From: Vicugna vicugna
Lineage: Eukaryota
Assembly: GCA_013265495.1 (NCBI GenBank)
Contig: MU058059.1
Location: 2,021,502-2,085,501 of the forward strand
Length of the DNA stretch: 64,000 nucleotides
Reading direction: 5' to 3'
The position numbers and the translations under genes were made by a program. The notes under the pieces were generated by a model that was given only the letters and a program-made list of their open reading frames with translations, had not been told where the DNA came from and ran no database searches. This document shows, in pieces, positions 34,691 to 49,889 of the stretch; position 1 is the stretch's first letter, and each line of letters begins with the position of its first letter.

Positions 34691-36429
34691 CAAGAGATGC
34701 TTCAGAGATACAGGTCTGACTGCCCTTGACAAGAGTGTACAGCTCATGAACAAAGACAAAACGTTAATCAAATGACAAGGATGTTCAGTAAACGGACCTA
34801 GGGCCGGGGATGGGCAGCTTTCAGGTACCAAGGTCCCCAGGAGCCATCACTGTACCATTAATAACCATGAGTCAGGGCATTTTGTTATGTACTTTAGGTT
34901 TCATCATTACTTGCATTTTCCAGATGCTTAACCAGGTCTGTTCTGAGACGTGGTGGTTTAACACAGCCTCTGTGTGCATGTCCGCAAAACCTAGCAATGG
35001 GCTTCAGGCAAAGATAAGGCCAGCTCGGAATGCATGGTTCTCTCCCTCCTTCTCTGACTTAGCAGCCTGGATTGTCCTCCTCAATAAAACATTAGCACCA
35101 TAGTTCCTGCCGCCAGCTCTGCTATTGAGGAAACCTGGGCTAAAACAGACAGGAAAAAATTTTTTTTTGGTAAAAGAAAATACACTGCAGTAGGTATGCA
35201 CAGGAAAAAAATCTGAATTTACACACGCAAAACATTAACCAGATTGTCTCCCTTCATACTTATCGGTATTTTCAATTTTAAACATTTTAAATCCGTAAAA
35301 TGGTGATTTCAATTAACTATCTATACATGCACATTTCTTTCTTCCAAAATTAACAGCCATGATAGATGGAAATAAGCTGAAAAGCCACAGTGAGAATAAA
35401 GACAAGTATTTTCCATAGATACTCCGTTAGTGTGAATCCAGGAGTAGCTCTGGAGATTTTCATAACTTACTATTTTATACTCTCATCATTTCAGTTTTAT
35501 TTTATTTAGGGTTAAAGAAATAAGAAGTGTTGACATTCATTTGTTGAACAAGGGCCACGTGGAATATACACAAGATACAGTAAGCATGTTGGCTATAATA
35601 GATAGGTTTCAATAATCCTATAACTTCTTTAGGTTTTAAAGAGAGTCACATTGCTTACCATGCCCTGGAATTTCAGAAACTTGTCTGACAATGCTGTGCT
35701 CTGAGACTTACTCAGAAGTGAAATCCACTTAGAGCCTCGGAAAGTCCCTTTTGGCAAAATCGGATGTGGGGCCTCAGCGTAAACCCTAAAACCCGCAGTG
35801 TTGCCTGTGGTGTTGGTTCCCCGGGGGCCAACCTTACTGCAAAATAAAAGCTGCTTGGATTTTGCCCGCTTTCACCTGAAAAGGTCAAGTGTGACTTTCG
35901 CTTCTCTATGGTGGTCTCACGTGCATGAGGATCCAACTGGCAGGGCGGGAAGAGGCTGTGGGAAGTCACCCCCACAAATGCCCAAGTCACAGACAGGACG
36001 TGACCCAGGGGCGGCAACCATCCCCTAGGTGAACCTGCTCTGACTGGATAACCCTGGTCTGTAGGTGGCACCATCTACATTTCAAAGAGTGAGAGGAAGC
36101 TTTCGGATGCTCACACAGCTCATCCACTTGATATAAGAGAACCTCGCTAGAGAAGAACTGAACTATTTTGGGGAAGGGATTATATCCATTCTGCCAATGT
36201 CTTCCGGAATGATATTTTAACTCTGGCTTCTCCTAGTTGTGTTGGGGAGGAGGGAAAGCAGGGTTAATGCCTAATTATGTAGTTATTTCTATTATGTGGT
36301 TACATAGTCATTTCTTTACCTATGTTCCCTCCAGCCCTAATCCTTAGAAACAGGAAAACAGGAGACCATAACCTAGCCATAGTTACTCCATCTCTCTGTA
36401 GGGGTTTCTTACGGTTCCAGCTGGGGCTG

Positions 36430-36640
36430 CTGACTCAGACTCACTGGGTTTGAGTTCTGGGTCTGCCTAAGTAGATACTTGAACTTGGACAAGTGACTTG
36501 ATCTTGCATTAGTCATTTGACCTCTCTGCCTTCCATTTCCTCATCTGTAAAATGGAAATAATTTTAATATGCACCCTCATGTAAAGTGCCTAGTGTCATG
36601 CCTTTCACTTAGTAAACATCTGATAAATATTGGCTATTAG
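36430..36640 (+). mobile_element. MIR SINE
   Basis: ctctctgccttccatttcctcatctgtaaaatgg. Confidence 0.8.
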
Positions 36641-37429
36641 TAAGTGTTCAAAAAGTATTACTGGAGAAAATGTATTAAGGGGAAAGAGATAATGGTCACA
36701 AAGAAAGCTGTGATTCTTCCTCAAACCATCCCAGCTCTGGCTAGTCCCCACATTTCAAGAGCTCTAGCACAATTTTTTGTGCTCACACAAAGAAAGAGGG
36801 AAACAGACCACAGCTGACTTTTTTTTAAGCAGCTGAACCCTATTGCCACATGAAATGTACATATATAAGGCACAGTCTGCTCCAAAAACCAAGGGTGCAA
36901 ACTTAGCCATGTTACTCCTCCCCTCTGTCCTCTGATTAATAGCTAGAATGCTCAAGTATTCCATAAAAAAAGTCCAAAGTGTCCACTTTTGTCCGACAAT
37001 GTCAGGGGCTTACTCAGATAAAAGGGGTCATATGGTTCTCAAATGCCAAATGGAGCAGAAATGGTTTGGCATCATTTCACACCTCCTGCTGCTCCTCCTT
37101 AGGGGCCAGCCCCTCGGGGGATGGACCTACAGCTTCCCGGGGTGGCATCCAGCCAGAGCCCCACTCCAGCTCCTGGCTTGGGTGACGATAGCTCTGAAAC
37201 CATGGTCACAGGACCAGTATCACCATCCAGGACACACTCGCCGGGCTGGGGCTGTGGCATGGGCTGCCGCGGGCAGAAGCCACAGGCTTCGGGGCCGAGC
37301 CAGCCCTCGCACTGCCCGTAAACTCTTTTCTCAGATCCTGAGTCATCGACCTTGCTATCTCTTCTCCCCTTCACCCGCGACTTATTTTTAGGAATTTTCA
37401 TCTACGCAGATGTGTCTGCCTGCGCCTCA

Positions 37430-37702
37430 GTGGGATGCGTTTGCCAGGACAAGCGTACAAAGTGCCCAATGGGTGGGCTTAAACAATGGAAATTTATTTG
37501 CCACAATTCTAGGGGCGGCAAGTCTGAGGTCAAGGTGTCGGCAGTGGGTTGCTTCCGAGGCCTCTCTCCTTGGCCTGCAGATGCCGTCTTCTCCCTGTGT
37601 CCTCATGTGGTCCGTCTCCAAACAGGGTGACACGCTGAGTTACTTGGAGTCAGGACTTCAACATTGGAAATTTAAGGGGGGGGCACAGTTCAGCCCATGA
37701 CA
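37430..37702 (-). mobile_element. MLT1A-like MaLR LTR (internally deleted)
   Basis: gggtgggcttaaacaatggaaatttatttgccacaattctagggg...aagtctgaggtcaaggtgtcggcag...gcacagttcagcccatgaca. Confidence 0.8.
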
Positions 37703-38099
37703 CAAACAACGGACTGTCTATACTTAGGGAATAAGTTAACTTTTTAATGAGAGATGGGGAAAGACAGAGAGAGAGAGAGGTGTGTATCCAGGGAGTCCCC
37801 TTCAGACAATTTTCCAGGACTGTGTTTACCTGACTACACAGCCACTCAAGCCACTCACCGTACTAAACCCAGATGCTCTCTGTAAAACAGACGACCCCAG
37901 AGCTTCTCTGGGAGAAAATGGAAGAGGGGTCCAGACCCTGTCCACCTCTCCTCAGGGAATGCCTTTCTCAAGCACCATGCAAAACCTCTGGCCTGGAGGG
38001 TTCCAGGGGTCTGGCTCCTTCTGCTGCTTCACAATGACACAATTCACCGCAGTCTGAATCGGTGTGTATCACCACCTGCCGACCCTCAGCTTTGGGAAT

Positions 38100-39550
<1,451 letters not shown>

Positions 39551-40064
39551 AGCTTGCTTGCAGCTCTGTATCTTCCTAATCACCTGTAATATTACGTTCC
39601 TCTCCTTCTAAACATAAACTGAAAGAGAACCTGTGTTTTCTCCAAAGAGAAATAATTCTGATTCTCTGAGAACCATGGGACTCAGGCTTCGGAAGAGGGT
39701 ACAGTAGGTCTGATTCAATATCCCTCCAAAGTGAAATATTTGCTCAGGATGTGCCGTGTGGGCCAAAGCGCGAGAGGAGGCATCGACACCGTCCAGTTTC
39801 AGCCCCTGAATCGGCGACCTGCAGCAAGGCAGCCACAGCAAGACATGCCCCCACGTCAGCCTCCATGAAGCGTCACTGGGACCAAAGAGCCAGCTGGGGC
39901 CCTGCTGTCCTGGCGACGACCAAATCAAGTAGACCTTCCCCGCGAGTTCTGCGGGAAACAATCACAAGAACTTTGTCTCTAAAATGACGGTAGAGTCACA
40001 ATCGAGTCGCTCGTGTGGACGTCTGGTGGTGAGTGACGGGGATAGAGTGTGACGGCTTTCAGGA

Positions 40065-40070
40065 AATAAA
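40065..40070 (+). terminator. Candidate LRRC30 polyadenylation signal (AATAAA)
   Basis: First canonical AATAAA I see downstream of the stop codon (~650 nt 3' UTR). Confidence 0.45.
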
Positions 40071-40714
40071 CACAAGCCAGTGTTAACTGCCCAGTCCTCC
40101 TCTTGCACCTCCAGTCACATCCCTGAGCTTTTCTAGAGACACCTGCCGGTGGCTACATTCTCCTAATTTCACTCCTCCTCCTCCCTTACTAGACCTGCCG
40201 TCTCAGTGATGAGCTAGTAATCAGGGAAGAAATGGCCAAGAGGCAGGAAAGAGGAGAGAAGGTGTGGACTAGCCAGACAAAATAGCCAGGACCCTTGCAC
40301 ATTCAGAGGAGGGTAGTATTTGCCACTTGGCTGTCACATATGGATTTTTAAAAATGAGTCTGGTCACATTAAAAGCTCTTTGCACAAAAGGCTCTACAAA
40401 AATACTGTTTGTTTTGTTTTTAATTCTAAGAGGACACAGCTGTTAGTTCAACACAGACAGCAGGGCAGGCAATTATGCAGCTCCTGCCACGAGAGTTGTT
40501 GGACCTCACTGCTGTCACAGCAGCCAAGAGCCCTGAGACACTGCTATTCAGAGTCAAAGAATTAGAATGAAAAGGTGGCAGTGACAGGGCAGTCCCTTCA
40601 GGTCAGTGGAGAGCCTACCACTCAGCACGTTTGTCTATAGGACGCAGCGAACAATAGCAAGACAGGGCTCGGACCTGTTGCCAGGACTTGTCTAGCTTCT
40701 TACTACCCCTGGTT

Positions 40715-40890
40715 TAATTCAGTTAAATTCATATTTATTAGCATCTTCTCTAAGGCTGGGCACTGGGCAAGGATGGCAAGGGAATAGCACCCAGCTCCTT
40801 CTACCAAGGGGCTCCCAGTTTGGTGAAAGAGACAGACTCACGTGGGTTTCCACAATATATGGCAAGTCGTGACCCCTGCAAAGAGACATT
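40715..40890 (-). mobile_element. L2 3' end
   Basis: attcatatttattagcatcttctctaaggctgggcactggg. Confidence 0.6.
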
Positions 40891-43800
40891 AAAGCAAAGG
40901 ATCGAAGTAAAGATAACGGATAACGTATCGGATAGCATAGAGTAGACTGAGCCTCGAGTTTCAGAAGCCAAAAACACGATCGGGATGAATCAGTCAAATC
41001 CAGTTCACTGACACCATCTCGTCTTCATTCCCCCGCCTTCCTTCACCTCACAGGAAAGAGCCGCAAAGCCTGGGGCGGTGGGTAGCCCATTCTCACGTTC
41101 CCACGTAGGCAGTTTAGATGTGGAGCTGCCCTCTTACTTCCCGAAGAGCTGCTCAATGGGGAGTCCATGTAACTTACTCCTCGGACAAGTGTTTTTCCAA
41201 CAGACCCCAACATCAATTTCCCTCCATCAAAGAGGGCAGCCAGTGCCTGCCATTATCACCAGACACCACGGTTCCATCAGCACGTTGGTGTGGAACCCAT
41301 TGCAAACAGATCTCACCAGTGTCACTGGGAGGCAGCTGAAGAAATCCCCTCTACACGCCCCCGCCAGCTGCAACTGGAGACCTGCTCGTCCCCGCCAGGC
41401 ACACACAGGCACTTAGTAACCTCACCCATGCTAGCCTGAGGAGCCAAGGCTATTTAAAGACATGAGTGGAATTCTTACTCAACCTCATGACTCAGTGGGA
41501 AATTGCAGGGGGAGCCTTCCTCTGCAGAGTAGGGCTGAGCAGATCACTTACTGAGGCTGGAGCTGGGGCACACGCAGCTGCCAGACAACACCGTGTGTGC
41601 CAGGATCGCCTCGCTGGCGTCCGCTGCCGGAGACCCACTTGGGCTCATGCTGAGTTTCCATGACCTTGCTCTGGGCAGAGAGGCGCTGGGACACCAGCAC
41701 TGCGCTTTTCCTGCTGAGCAATCATTTTATTTCCTCTCCTCGCTTTTTCAGTCACTTGATATCCCATGGTAACTCTACTCTAGGGAAAGAACGTAACCCT
41801 ATTTTGAAGGTGACCCAAGAGCATATTATACTTCTTCTAAGAAAAAAGTGGTATCAAGTCAGTTGCCAGCTTCCATCGGTGTCTTTCAGAAGCACAGACA
41901 CGAGGTTTCCCTTGTTAACACTCAGCACTGAGGAAATCATAAAAGTTGCCCGGTGGGCTTTAGATATTGATTTTCTGTGAATGCTCCTTTTTATTGATAA
42001 AGGGAAGTGCTGAGCAAAAACCTGGTTAATGTGCTTGGTTATTCAAAATACTAATGCAGGGGTGGTTGGGGGAGGAGTGGAATTTGATACAAACTTCAGC
42101 ATCTGCTGTCAGATCTTCCAGTTTGCTGACTGGCTGCGACATGCTTCCTGCTTATCTTTTGTAGTTCTAATGCTGCCACGTTCAAATAGCTCCCAGGTAT
42201 CTCTAAGGCTTATGAAATCAAAGCACTGAGGACGGCTGCACTGGCGGCAAGCACGCTTAGCCAAAGAATAGGAGCTAATTGGGTGCCTGATGTGGGTGGG
42301 GGCGCTGGCTGTTCACGTCCCTGATGGTAGGGTGATTTTCACGCCACTTGGGGCTCTCAGTGAGAAGCAATCTCAGGGGTGTGTTCAGAGACACCTTTTG
42401 AAGCAGCTTACAAGCATACAATTAAGAAGAAAATCTGTTCCTAGGAAAGGAAGACGACTTTGAAAAGACGCAGCTGTTCAAGGAATAATGCTGCTAAATG
42501 CTTAAAACCGCTGCATATTAGAAATAAGAGTGCAGTCATTACTTACTTGTTGACTTAATAAGTGGTTAATAGAAGAAACGGCTCCATGCTCAGGCTGAGG
42601 CTGAGGCACTGCCTCTCTGCAGTCGCCAGAGTCAGGATGTGCACCCGGGCTTCACGAGGTGGCATGCCTGCAAGATCAAGAGGGAAAGCTGTCATTATTT
42701 GTAGGCATACCTGAACCCTTTCTTGTGATAATGGATTACTGCATTTTCAAATTCCATTTCCTCTGCCTCAAAGCACATCCTGAATATGCATTTTGAGGGC
42801 TATGCATTGAAAACAGAGGTAGAGGAAAGAAAGCACTGTGGGCTTAGAGGCTGGGAGACAATGCAGGTATCAACAGCCTGAGAGTGACTGGGTGAGCGAG
42901 GCGTGAGGCCTGGGCTGGGCGCTTCTCTTCAGCAATATACGCCGTCGGCAAGGGAGAGTCTGGACAGAGTCACTGAGACTCTGTTACAAAGGATAAAAAC
43001 AGAAAACGAGTTTCAAAAAAAAAGCAAAAATTCGAGCTGTTAGATTTGGCTAATAGGAAGATATGACCCCATGATTTCAACACCTACTCAAGTTCCCTCA
43101 CGGGCTCCGTCTTCTAGTCCCATGGAAGAGTTACCTTCAACCGTGTGTGAGAGTGAGCACAAAATCCCCGGCCTGGATCCTATGTGTAACTAAGTACCAG
43201 TACATGGGGTGTAATTATAATGAATCCAAGAGCAACGAAAATACACCTTTTTGATACATTTTAAGAAAATGAAACAAAATTCAGAGGGACATGAAAGCTA
43301 TTATAAACGATAATGGAATAATCTTGACCTTGTTGAGAAAAGAACTTTTTACGAGTGCTCCTTTCAAGTTACCTATCAAGTTATGGGTTGAATCCAAAGC
43401 ATTACTGATTTTTTTTTAAAAAAGAACAGTATAATAATAAAAGGGGAGCAGAGAGGGCTCATAATGACTTTGTAAGCACCATCATTAGGAAGGCATAACT
43501 GAAAGCTATTAGCGTGAAACTTGCTATGCAGATTTTTTTAGTAGTGTCATAGGAATCTGTTTGCAAAGAGAGTTTATCTCCTGCTGTTTAGACTTACTCC
43601 TTATTTCAGCACAGGACAGAAAATGAGAGTGAGCACGAGTCCACCCACAGAGTGTCAGAGTCTCTCCTGACACTCTGCAGAGAGGTGTGCATTATGAAAA
43701 CTCACAGGACTCCTGGCTTCCACAGTACGAGCTGGAGCCGCCCACAGAACATCACAGAATCCCCCATAGTCTTCGGTCTTGAGTGACTTGAGTTCCCCAG

Positions 43801-44587
43801 AAGAGCCAGGATGTGTGGCTCACGAGAAGCCTGTCTCCTCCAGTCTCCTGAATGTCACATCCATCATCCTCTGCGTGTGTGTGGGAAAAGGGCCCATGGG
43901 GTGGGGAGAAAGCTCCGGACTGAGGCTGGATGTGTCAATTACAGGGCGCTTATGGACCATCTGCACATCCCAAGACTACGCAGGTGTTGGGGATACGGTG
44001 AGGGCAGAAAGTCCCCAGGTCCTTGGGCAAAGAAGATAAGACTCGGCTAAACACGACGTGGTTCCGTGCGCACAACGGCATTAGCAGATGCACACACGAG
44101 CATGAAGGTGTGTGGGTGAGACTGTGGAGGGACAGAGTGTGATGTGAGCTAGAGGGTGTGGGATACACACATCTAACATGACGGTTCTTGAGCCAAGGAC
44201 TCCTTTGTTTTGCTTTGTCTTGATGGAAACTAGAATCTCATTGCCTAGAGCAGTCTGCTTTATAACACCTTTGTGGCATTTTTTCTTACCCGAATCTCAG
44301 CTGTTGGAAGGCACACGGCAGGAGAGAGGCCACATCGGACAGTGGTGGCACAATGCGTCTTAGGCCCCAGAGGCGGCTCTGGAGCCAGCCTCCTCGTGGC
44401 TGAAGGTCTTTCCTGAGACTCCTGAAAGGACCGAGGTTGGCGGTGGTCCTCAGCGCTGGCTGGTCATCAGAATCCCCAGAGAAACTTCAACAAGGGGGAG
44501 CCCTGGGCTCTGTTTGAGTGCTTCTGTTATAGTTGACCTCAGGGAGGCTCCGCCTTCTTGTTTGTTTTAAAGCTCAGTAGGTAATTG

Positions 44588-44820
44588 TCGCTGACTCTAT
44601 GCTGAGATGCAGACAAAGGCACCGACCCTCCCTCCACTCAGTCCAAACTCTGAGTGTGATGTAGAGTCGGTCCCCTGCACCCAGGCTGCCTCCGTATCAG
44701 TGGTTTCAGATCTGCGGATTCCACCAACTATGCACTGTGCAGTACTGTGGTATTTACTACTGAAAAAATCTGCATCTACAGGGACCCATACAGCTCAAAC
44801 CCCTGTTGTTCAGGGTCTCT
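44588..44820. mobile_element. TcMar-Tigger (Tigger2-derived) MITE, nested in a MER5-like hAT element spanning ~44440-44890
   Basis: ctccgtatcagtggtttcagatctgcggattccaccaac...gtactgtggtatttactactgaaaaaatc...caaacccctgttgttcagggtc; flanks gtggtcctcagc...atcagaatcccc and ggcagggcctggcatgtgc. Confidence 0.7.
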
Positions 44821-45679
44821 TGAGATTCAGGAGGTCCAGGGCAGGGCCTGGCATGTGCAGGTGTAAGAAGCATTTCAGATGTTTCCTATCGTAAGGCAGA
44901 CTGGAGCCCCCGGGGCTGGCAGAAGGCGTGCCCGCTGATCCCGACTGTGACGCCACCGGGCTGCGTGCTCCTGGCTGGCTGGGATCCTTGCATCCAGCAC
45001 AGGGAAGATAATAACAATGTATCAAATGAATGGACGAGAAAGCGAATAAACCTGCACAGGTGACTTCACCTCTCCAGGCCTCAATTTTCTATAAAGTGAG
45101 GTTATTGACTCACTTTCAAGTAAACTCACTTTAAGCTTTTATCAGCTGGAAATTCAGACTGTACTGGGGTGAGGGAGCTTTGCCATCCCCTGGCCTGAAG
45201 CTCCGTGAATGGCCACTTGAGCCTATAATCACGGTGATTACTCAAGAAAAGCAAAAACGCTGAGGAGATGGGTCAAGATCGGTATGAGTGTTTTCACATC
45301 TCCTTGTGGTGCCATAAAAAAGTGTAACTTAATTTTGGTTGACTTTCAAAAATATGAAAAGAGCTCAGCCTTTATTAAGGGTTGAATCTAGGAGTTTGCA
45401 GACCTCCCAGTGGTTTGGATTCCATCTCTAACTTTTTATTGGATTGGAGGCTCAGAGGGACTATTTCTCTTCGGCTTTGTTGATTGAAAGATTTAAAGCT
45501 CCTCTTATGTTTCTAGAAGAGAAGGAATTCTTAATTATCTGTTTCCCATAAAAAAAAAAACTTACTGGATTTGATTAAGTAATATCATTTGGGTACGTAG
45601 AGCTGAAATCTTTTCTTCTACAAAAGAGAAAAACTCTTATGTATTCCAAAGGCTGACCTCTTTTCGAAACGTACAGCAT

Positions 45680-46180
45680 TCCAGTGCTGCAGACCCCCTC
45701 AGTCAGCCCCGAGTATTGCTCACCTGGGGCCGTGGGTCACCCCAGACGGTCTGCACTCGCAGTGTGATTGATGGCGGGGTCTTGGGCAACACAGTATCTG
45801 TGTCACCCCTGGAGAGGCTGGGAACTGAGGTGCTAAGTAAGATCAGCCACAGGGGAGCTCCATGCACCCATGACAGACTCCCCAAAAGAAACCCGGGCAG
45901 CACGGCTCAGTGAGCTTCCCCGGCTAGAAGTACCCCGCACGTGCCACAGCAGCACTGCTGGGAGAATCCAGCACCATCAAATGCCTCCATTAGGAGAGGA
46001 CAATGGAAACTGTGTCTGGTCTCTCCTGGACCTTACCTGGACATGCTCCTTTGATCTTTGCTGACTTTAACATGTGTCCTTTTGCTGTAATAAACCATCG
46101 CTATCATAGGGTTTCTGAATTTTATGAGTCCTTCTAGCAAAATCATTGAAACTGAGGGTGTTCTTGGGGCCCCTCAAAAA
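45680..46180 (+). mobile_element. MER21-like ERV LTR
   Basis: ggctcagtgagcttcccc...ggagaggacaatggaa...gctgtaataaacc...atgagtccttctagcaaaatcattgaaactgaggg. Confidence 0.75.
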
Positions 46181-46740
46181 GCATGAGCTGAAGAGTAGAC
46201 TTTGAGAGAGTAAGAGAAGGGAAGCCAGAGGTCCTCACATTCCTCCTCCTCCATGCAGGCCACTGGTGGGTGCCTGCCTTTCTAGGAGACGACACACCCC
46301 CCGACAGTTCTCCCTGCTTGTAGGAAGTCCTGAGCACAATAATCAGACCCCTTGGGTGCGTGCCTGTCTGGTTTTGATGCTGGGAATTGTCAAAGAAAGG
46401 CAGCTCTGCAGAGGACGCCAAATCCTTGGGCAACATGGACTTGCCACAAGGGATGGACGCTCCGCATCCCAGAGAAGACCCGGGGTGCCATTCCCTCCTC
46501 TGGTCCTGCTCACTCACTGCCCGGCAGCCCTGTGGGAGCTCCTGTCATTTTTGGACATCCATGCTCTTTAAGAAGGTATTAGGCATATTGCAATTTCCTC
46601 CCAGGTGGAAGAGTGCTACTTTACTGGAAAGTCATTTAAATGTCTTTCTCAGTTATTCAAAATAAAGGTGAGATCCCGGAGTTAACATCATACATTGTAT
46701 TCATTTATTCATAGGTGAGAACTTTAAGCCGTAAGAATAA

Positions 46741-46820
46741 TGACTGACTGACTGAATGAATGAATGAATGAATCCATCTATCTACGCATCCAACCACCCA
46801 TCCAACCACCCACCCATCCA
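46741..46820. repeat. Compound (TGAC)n(TGAA)n/(CCAT/CCAC)n simple repeat
   Basis: Directly visible. Confidence 0.85.
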
Positions 46821-46829
46821 TATGTTAGA

Positions 46830-47670
46830 TAATAATACATGTATGGGAAAAAGATAAAGCGGTGAGCAGGAATATGGCCAGAATGGTATTTGTTACAAGG
46901 TGATCAAGGAAGTTGCCAACAACACCCTGTTGGAGTAGAGACCATAGAAAGTGAGGGAGCTAGTTGTGTAGGTATTGTAGGAGAAAATATTCCAAACAGA
47001 AGAGAAGGCACGTGGAAAGACAGAGGTGTGTCTGACACATCTGTGGAATGGCATGGGTGCAGGGGAGAGCATGGGGCCATGTCATGTTGGGGATGGCTCA
47101 TGAAGGTTTTGAGCCATTGGAAGGACTCAGCCTTAGCTCTGAGTGAGATGGGAAGCCACTGGTGGTTTTAAGTAGAGAAGAAACACATACAAGTTACACT
47201 TCAGAGGCGTTACTTTGAATAATATTGAGAGCAGACTACAGGGGCAAGAGTAGAGCATGGAGACTAGTCAGGAATCTTGCAAATATTTCAAGTGACAGAC
47301 GATAGTGGCTTGGCCCAGAGTGGAAGTGGTGGATGATCTCACTGTGGGGATACTTTGATGATAGCACTAGTGGAAACTGCCGATGAATTGGATACGAGGA
47401 GAGACAGAGACAGAGAGAGACAGGCAGAGGGAGACAGAGAGATCCAGAATAACCTCAACGTGTTTGACCTGAGCAGCTGGAAGGACAGAGTTGTCATCTA
47501 CTGAGAAAGGAAAGGTTTAGGAGAGAAGACCAGCAAGCTAATTTTGAGACGATAAATAGATTTTCAAATGGGTCTGCTACTGAGTAGGTACTTGGATAAA
47601 GAACCTACGGTTCAGAAAGAGGTGTCAATTGAGGATAGAAATTTGAGAATCACCAGCAAAATACACAGGA
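46830..47670 (-). mobile_element. L2 fragment
   Basis: ctctgagtgagatgggaagccactgg...gacctgagcagctggaaggacagagttgtcatctactgag. Confidence 0.8.
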
Positions 47671-49889
47671 AGGAGTCAAGGAAAGATGTATCTGTTGTGA
47701 AGGGCTTCAGTCAAAAGTGGTGATTCTTGCTGCTTCAGCTTTGGTACTGGGAGCGCTGAGCTCGCTCTGCCGGGAAGCTCCGTACGTGGTGGTGCTTGTT
47801 TCTTCCAGGTGCTGGATAAACGGGATATTACTGCATCTACAACTCAGACCTTTATTTGTGAAACCCTTGAAATTACTGGTTAACAGGAAGAGCAGCTTTC
47901 TCTAGTCACACAGAAATCAGTACAAAGAAGGGCAAGTTCCGAGTAGACGGTGGTGTCCTGCACTGTCTTAACTGGCAAGTGGATTTAGTCAGTCATTGAG
48001 GAGAGAGAGATGTTGGTGTTGCTCAAGATTCACTGAAATACAGCTGGAAAAGCCTCAATTTGTTTTCCCACCACTTTTTCCTTCTCCGTGTGTTTCACTT
48101 TGTTTCAATGGTAAGGAACATCAAGTTTGTTTAAAAAGGGGGCGAAATCATCACTCGCGTTAGATTTCCTCTTCCAACTTTGGAAAGGAAATTTTTCCTC
48201 AAATCCATCATTCTAATAAAAACAATTTAGAAGGCAAAATTTGATCACTATAATTTAAGAGCTGGCCCCGCAGTTTCTCCAACCTGTGTACTATGTACAC
48301 CTGCTTCACTGCATGGCGTCTGGATGGGTCCACAGACAAGCAGTCCAGAAGCTTCTCTGCTCCTCTCTGGTGTGATGCAGATTCTACTGCTTCTCTTGGT
48401 CTGAATTACTAATGTCTCCCCTATTTAAGCAGAAGCAAGCAGCTTTCTTTTGGAACTCTAACTAAATGTTTTATTTTGGCCTCATTTCATCTTCTCTCCA
48501 CAGGCATGGAAACAGCGTAAAATCAGGCACAAGGAGGAATTTTGGTGCTTTACATGATGATTCTGACATGTGGGGCAGAGAAACTGCCCCATACTTTCTG
48601 ATCTGATTTTACATGAGTCACAGAGAGAAAGAGATGCCCTTTTCGGAATCAGTACAGGATGTGATCTATTGTTTCCTTTTTTTTTTTTTTGCATAGGACA
48701 TTTGAAAAAAATACAACAAAATGCTAAACGGTTTTGAGAAACAAAGAGAAAGTCCTTCTGGCATGTATGTGTACTTATGTTTTCCCACATATTGGTCAAA
48801 TAATCCAATTGTCATTTGCATCTTGCTAACACAAGGTCTTTGGAACAAATCCCACATCAAACCACAGAGACAGCCCATGGAATTTTATCTTCTCACTGGG
48901 AAAGATATGTTTTGATGATGACAGGCCTTTTTCCATTTTGCTATTCCTCCACTTTGGGGAAATGGAAACATAAGGAATAATTTCTGATTTGATACTTGCC
49001 GCTCGACTGACATACCACTGCAGTGTAAAACTGTCTACACACTTGCTAACAACTTACTTTAAATTTATACTTTGGGAAAATGAGAGACAAAGGGGAAGAG
49101 AAGAAAAAACCTCTTACAATAATATGTTTGAGGAAGTATACAAAATATTTGGACAAAAAGATGATTCACTAATTCTCCTGGTTGCACTGCATTATATAAA
49201 GCTGTATTCATGGGGGCTGGGCAAGATAATTTATAAGCTAAAGTCCTATAATTCTGCTGCAAAGGAAGTCTCAGTCTAAGTGAGGATGTTTCCTCCCTAC
49301 CTCACCTAATTCAAAACTGTCATAATTCATCATTTCTTCCAGAAAAGAATGATCAGTATTTCTGTTTACCAGCTACAATGACATAGCCATAGGAGAGTAA
49401 CAGAAACACAATTCAAAATTCACAGGATTTATCAGCTTTGAAACAATAATTAATTTTTTTAACTTAGAGGATCCATATTATTCTGTATTCTGTGCAAAAA
49501 ATAGGGATTGTTGATAGTGTTACCACATTATTTCACATCTTTAAACCTCAGATTTTCACATAATGTAACAATACTGTATCATTCAGAGAAGTGTCAATTA
49601 CTTTGGTATTGAAGGTAATAAAAACTATACTATACCCAACTCTGTGGCTCAAGAGATGGTCAAACGTTAATGTTTTTTCCTTCTTACTATTCCTAGGCTG
49701 ACAGCCATCCAGTGCTTGCAAACTCTAGAATCAGAACAAACCTTAAAATTAATCTAAATTTCTTCCCCATACATATCTTTAAAATATATATATATATATA
49801 GTCAAACACTTTCAGTAACAGGGGGCTCACCCATGTGCAAACAGTTCAGTCCACTGATTTCTTGACACGTCTTTCTTAAACGTGATCCT

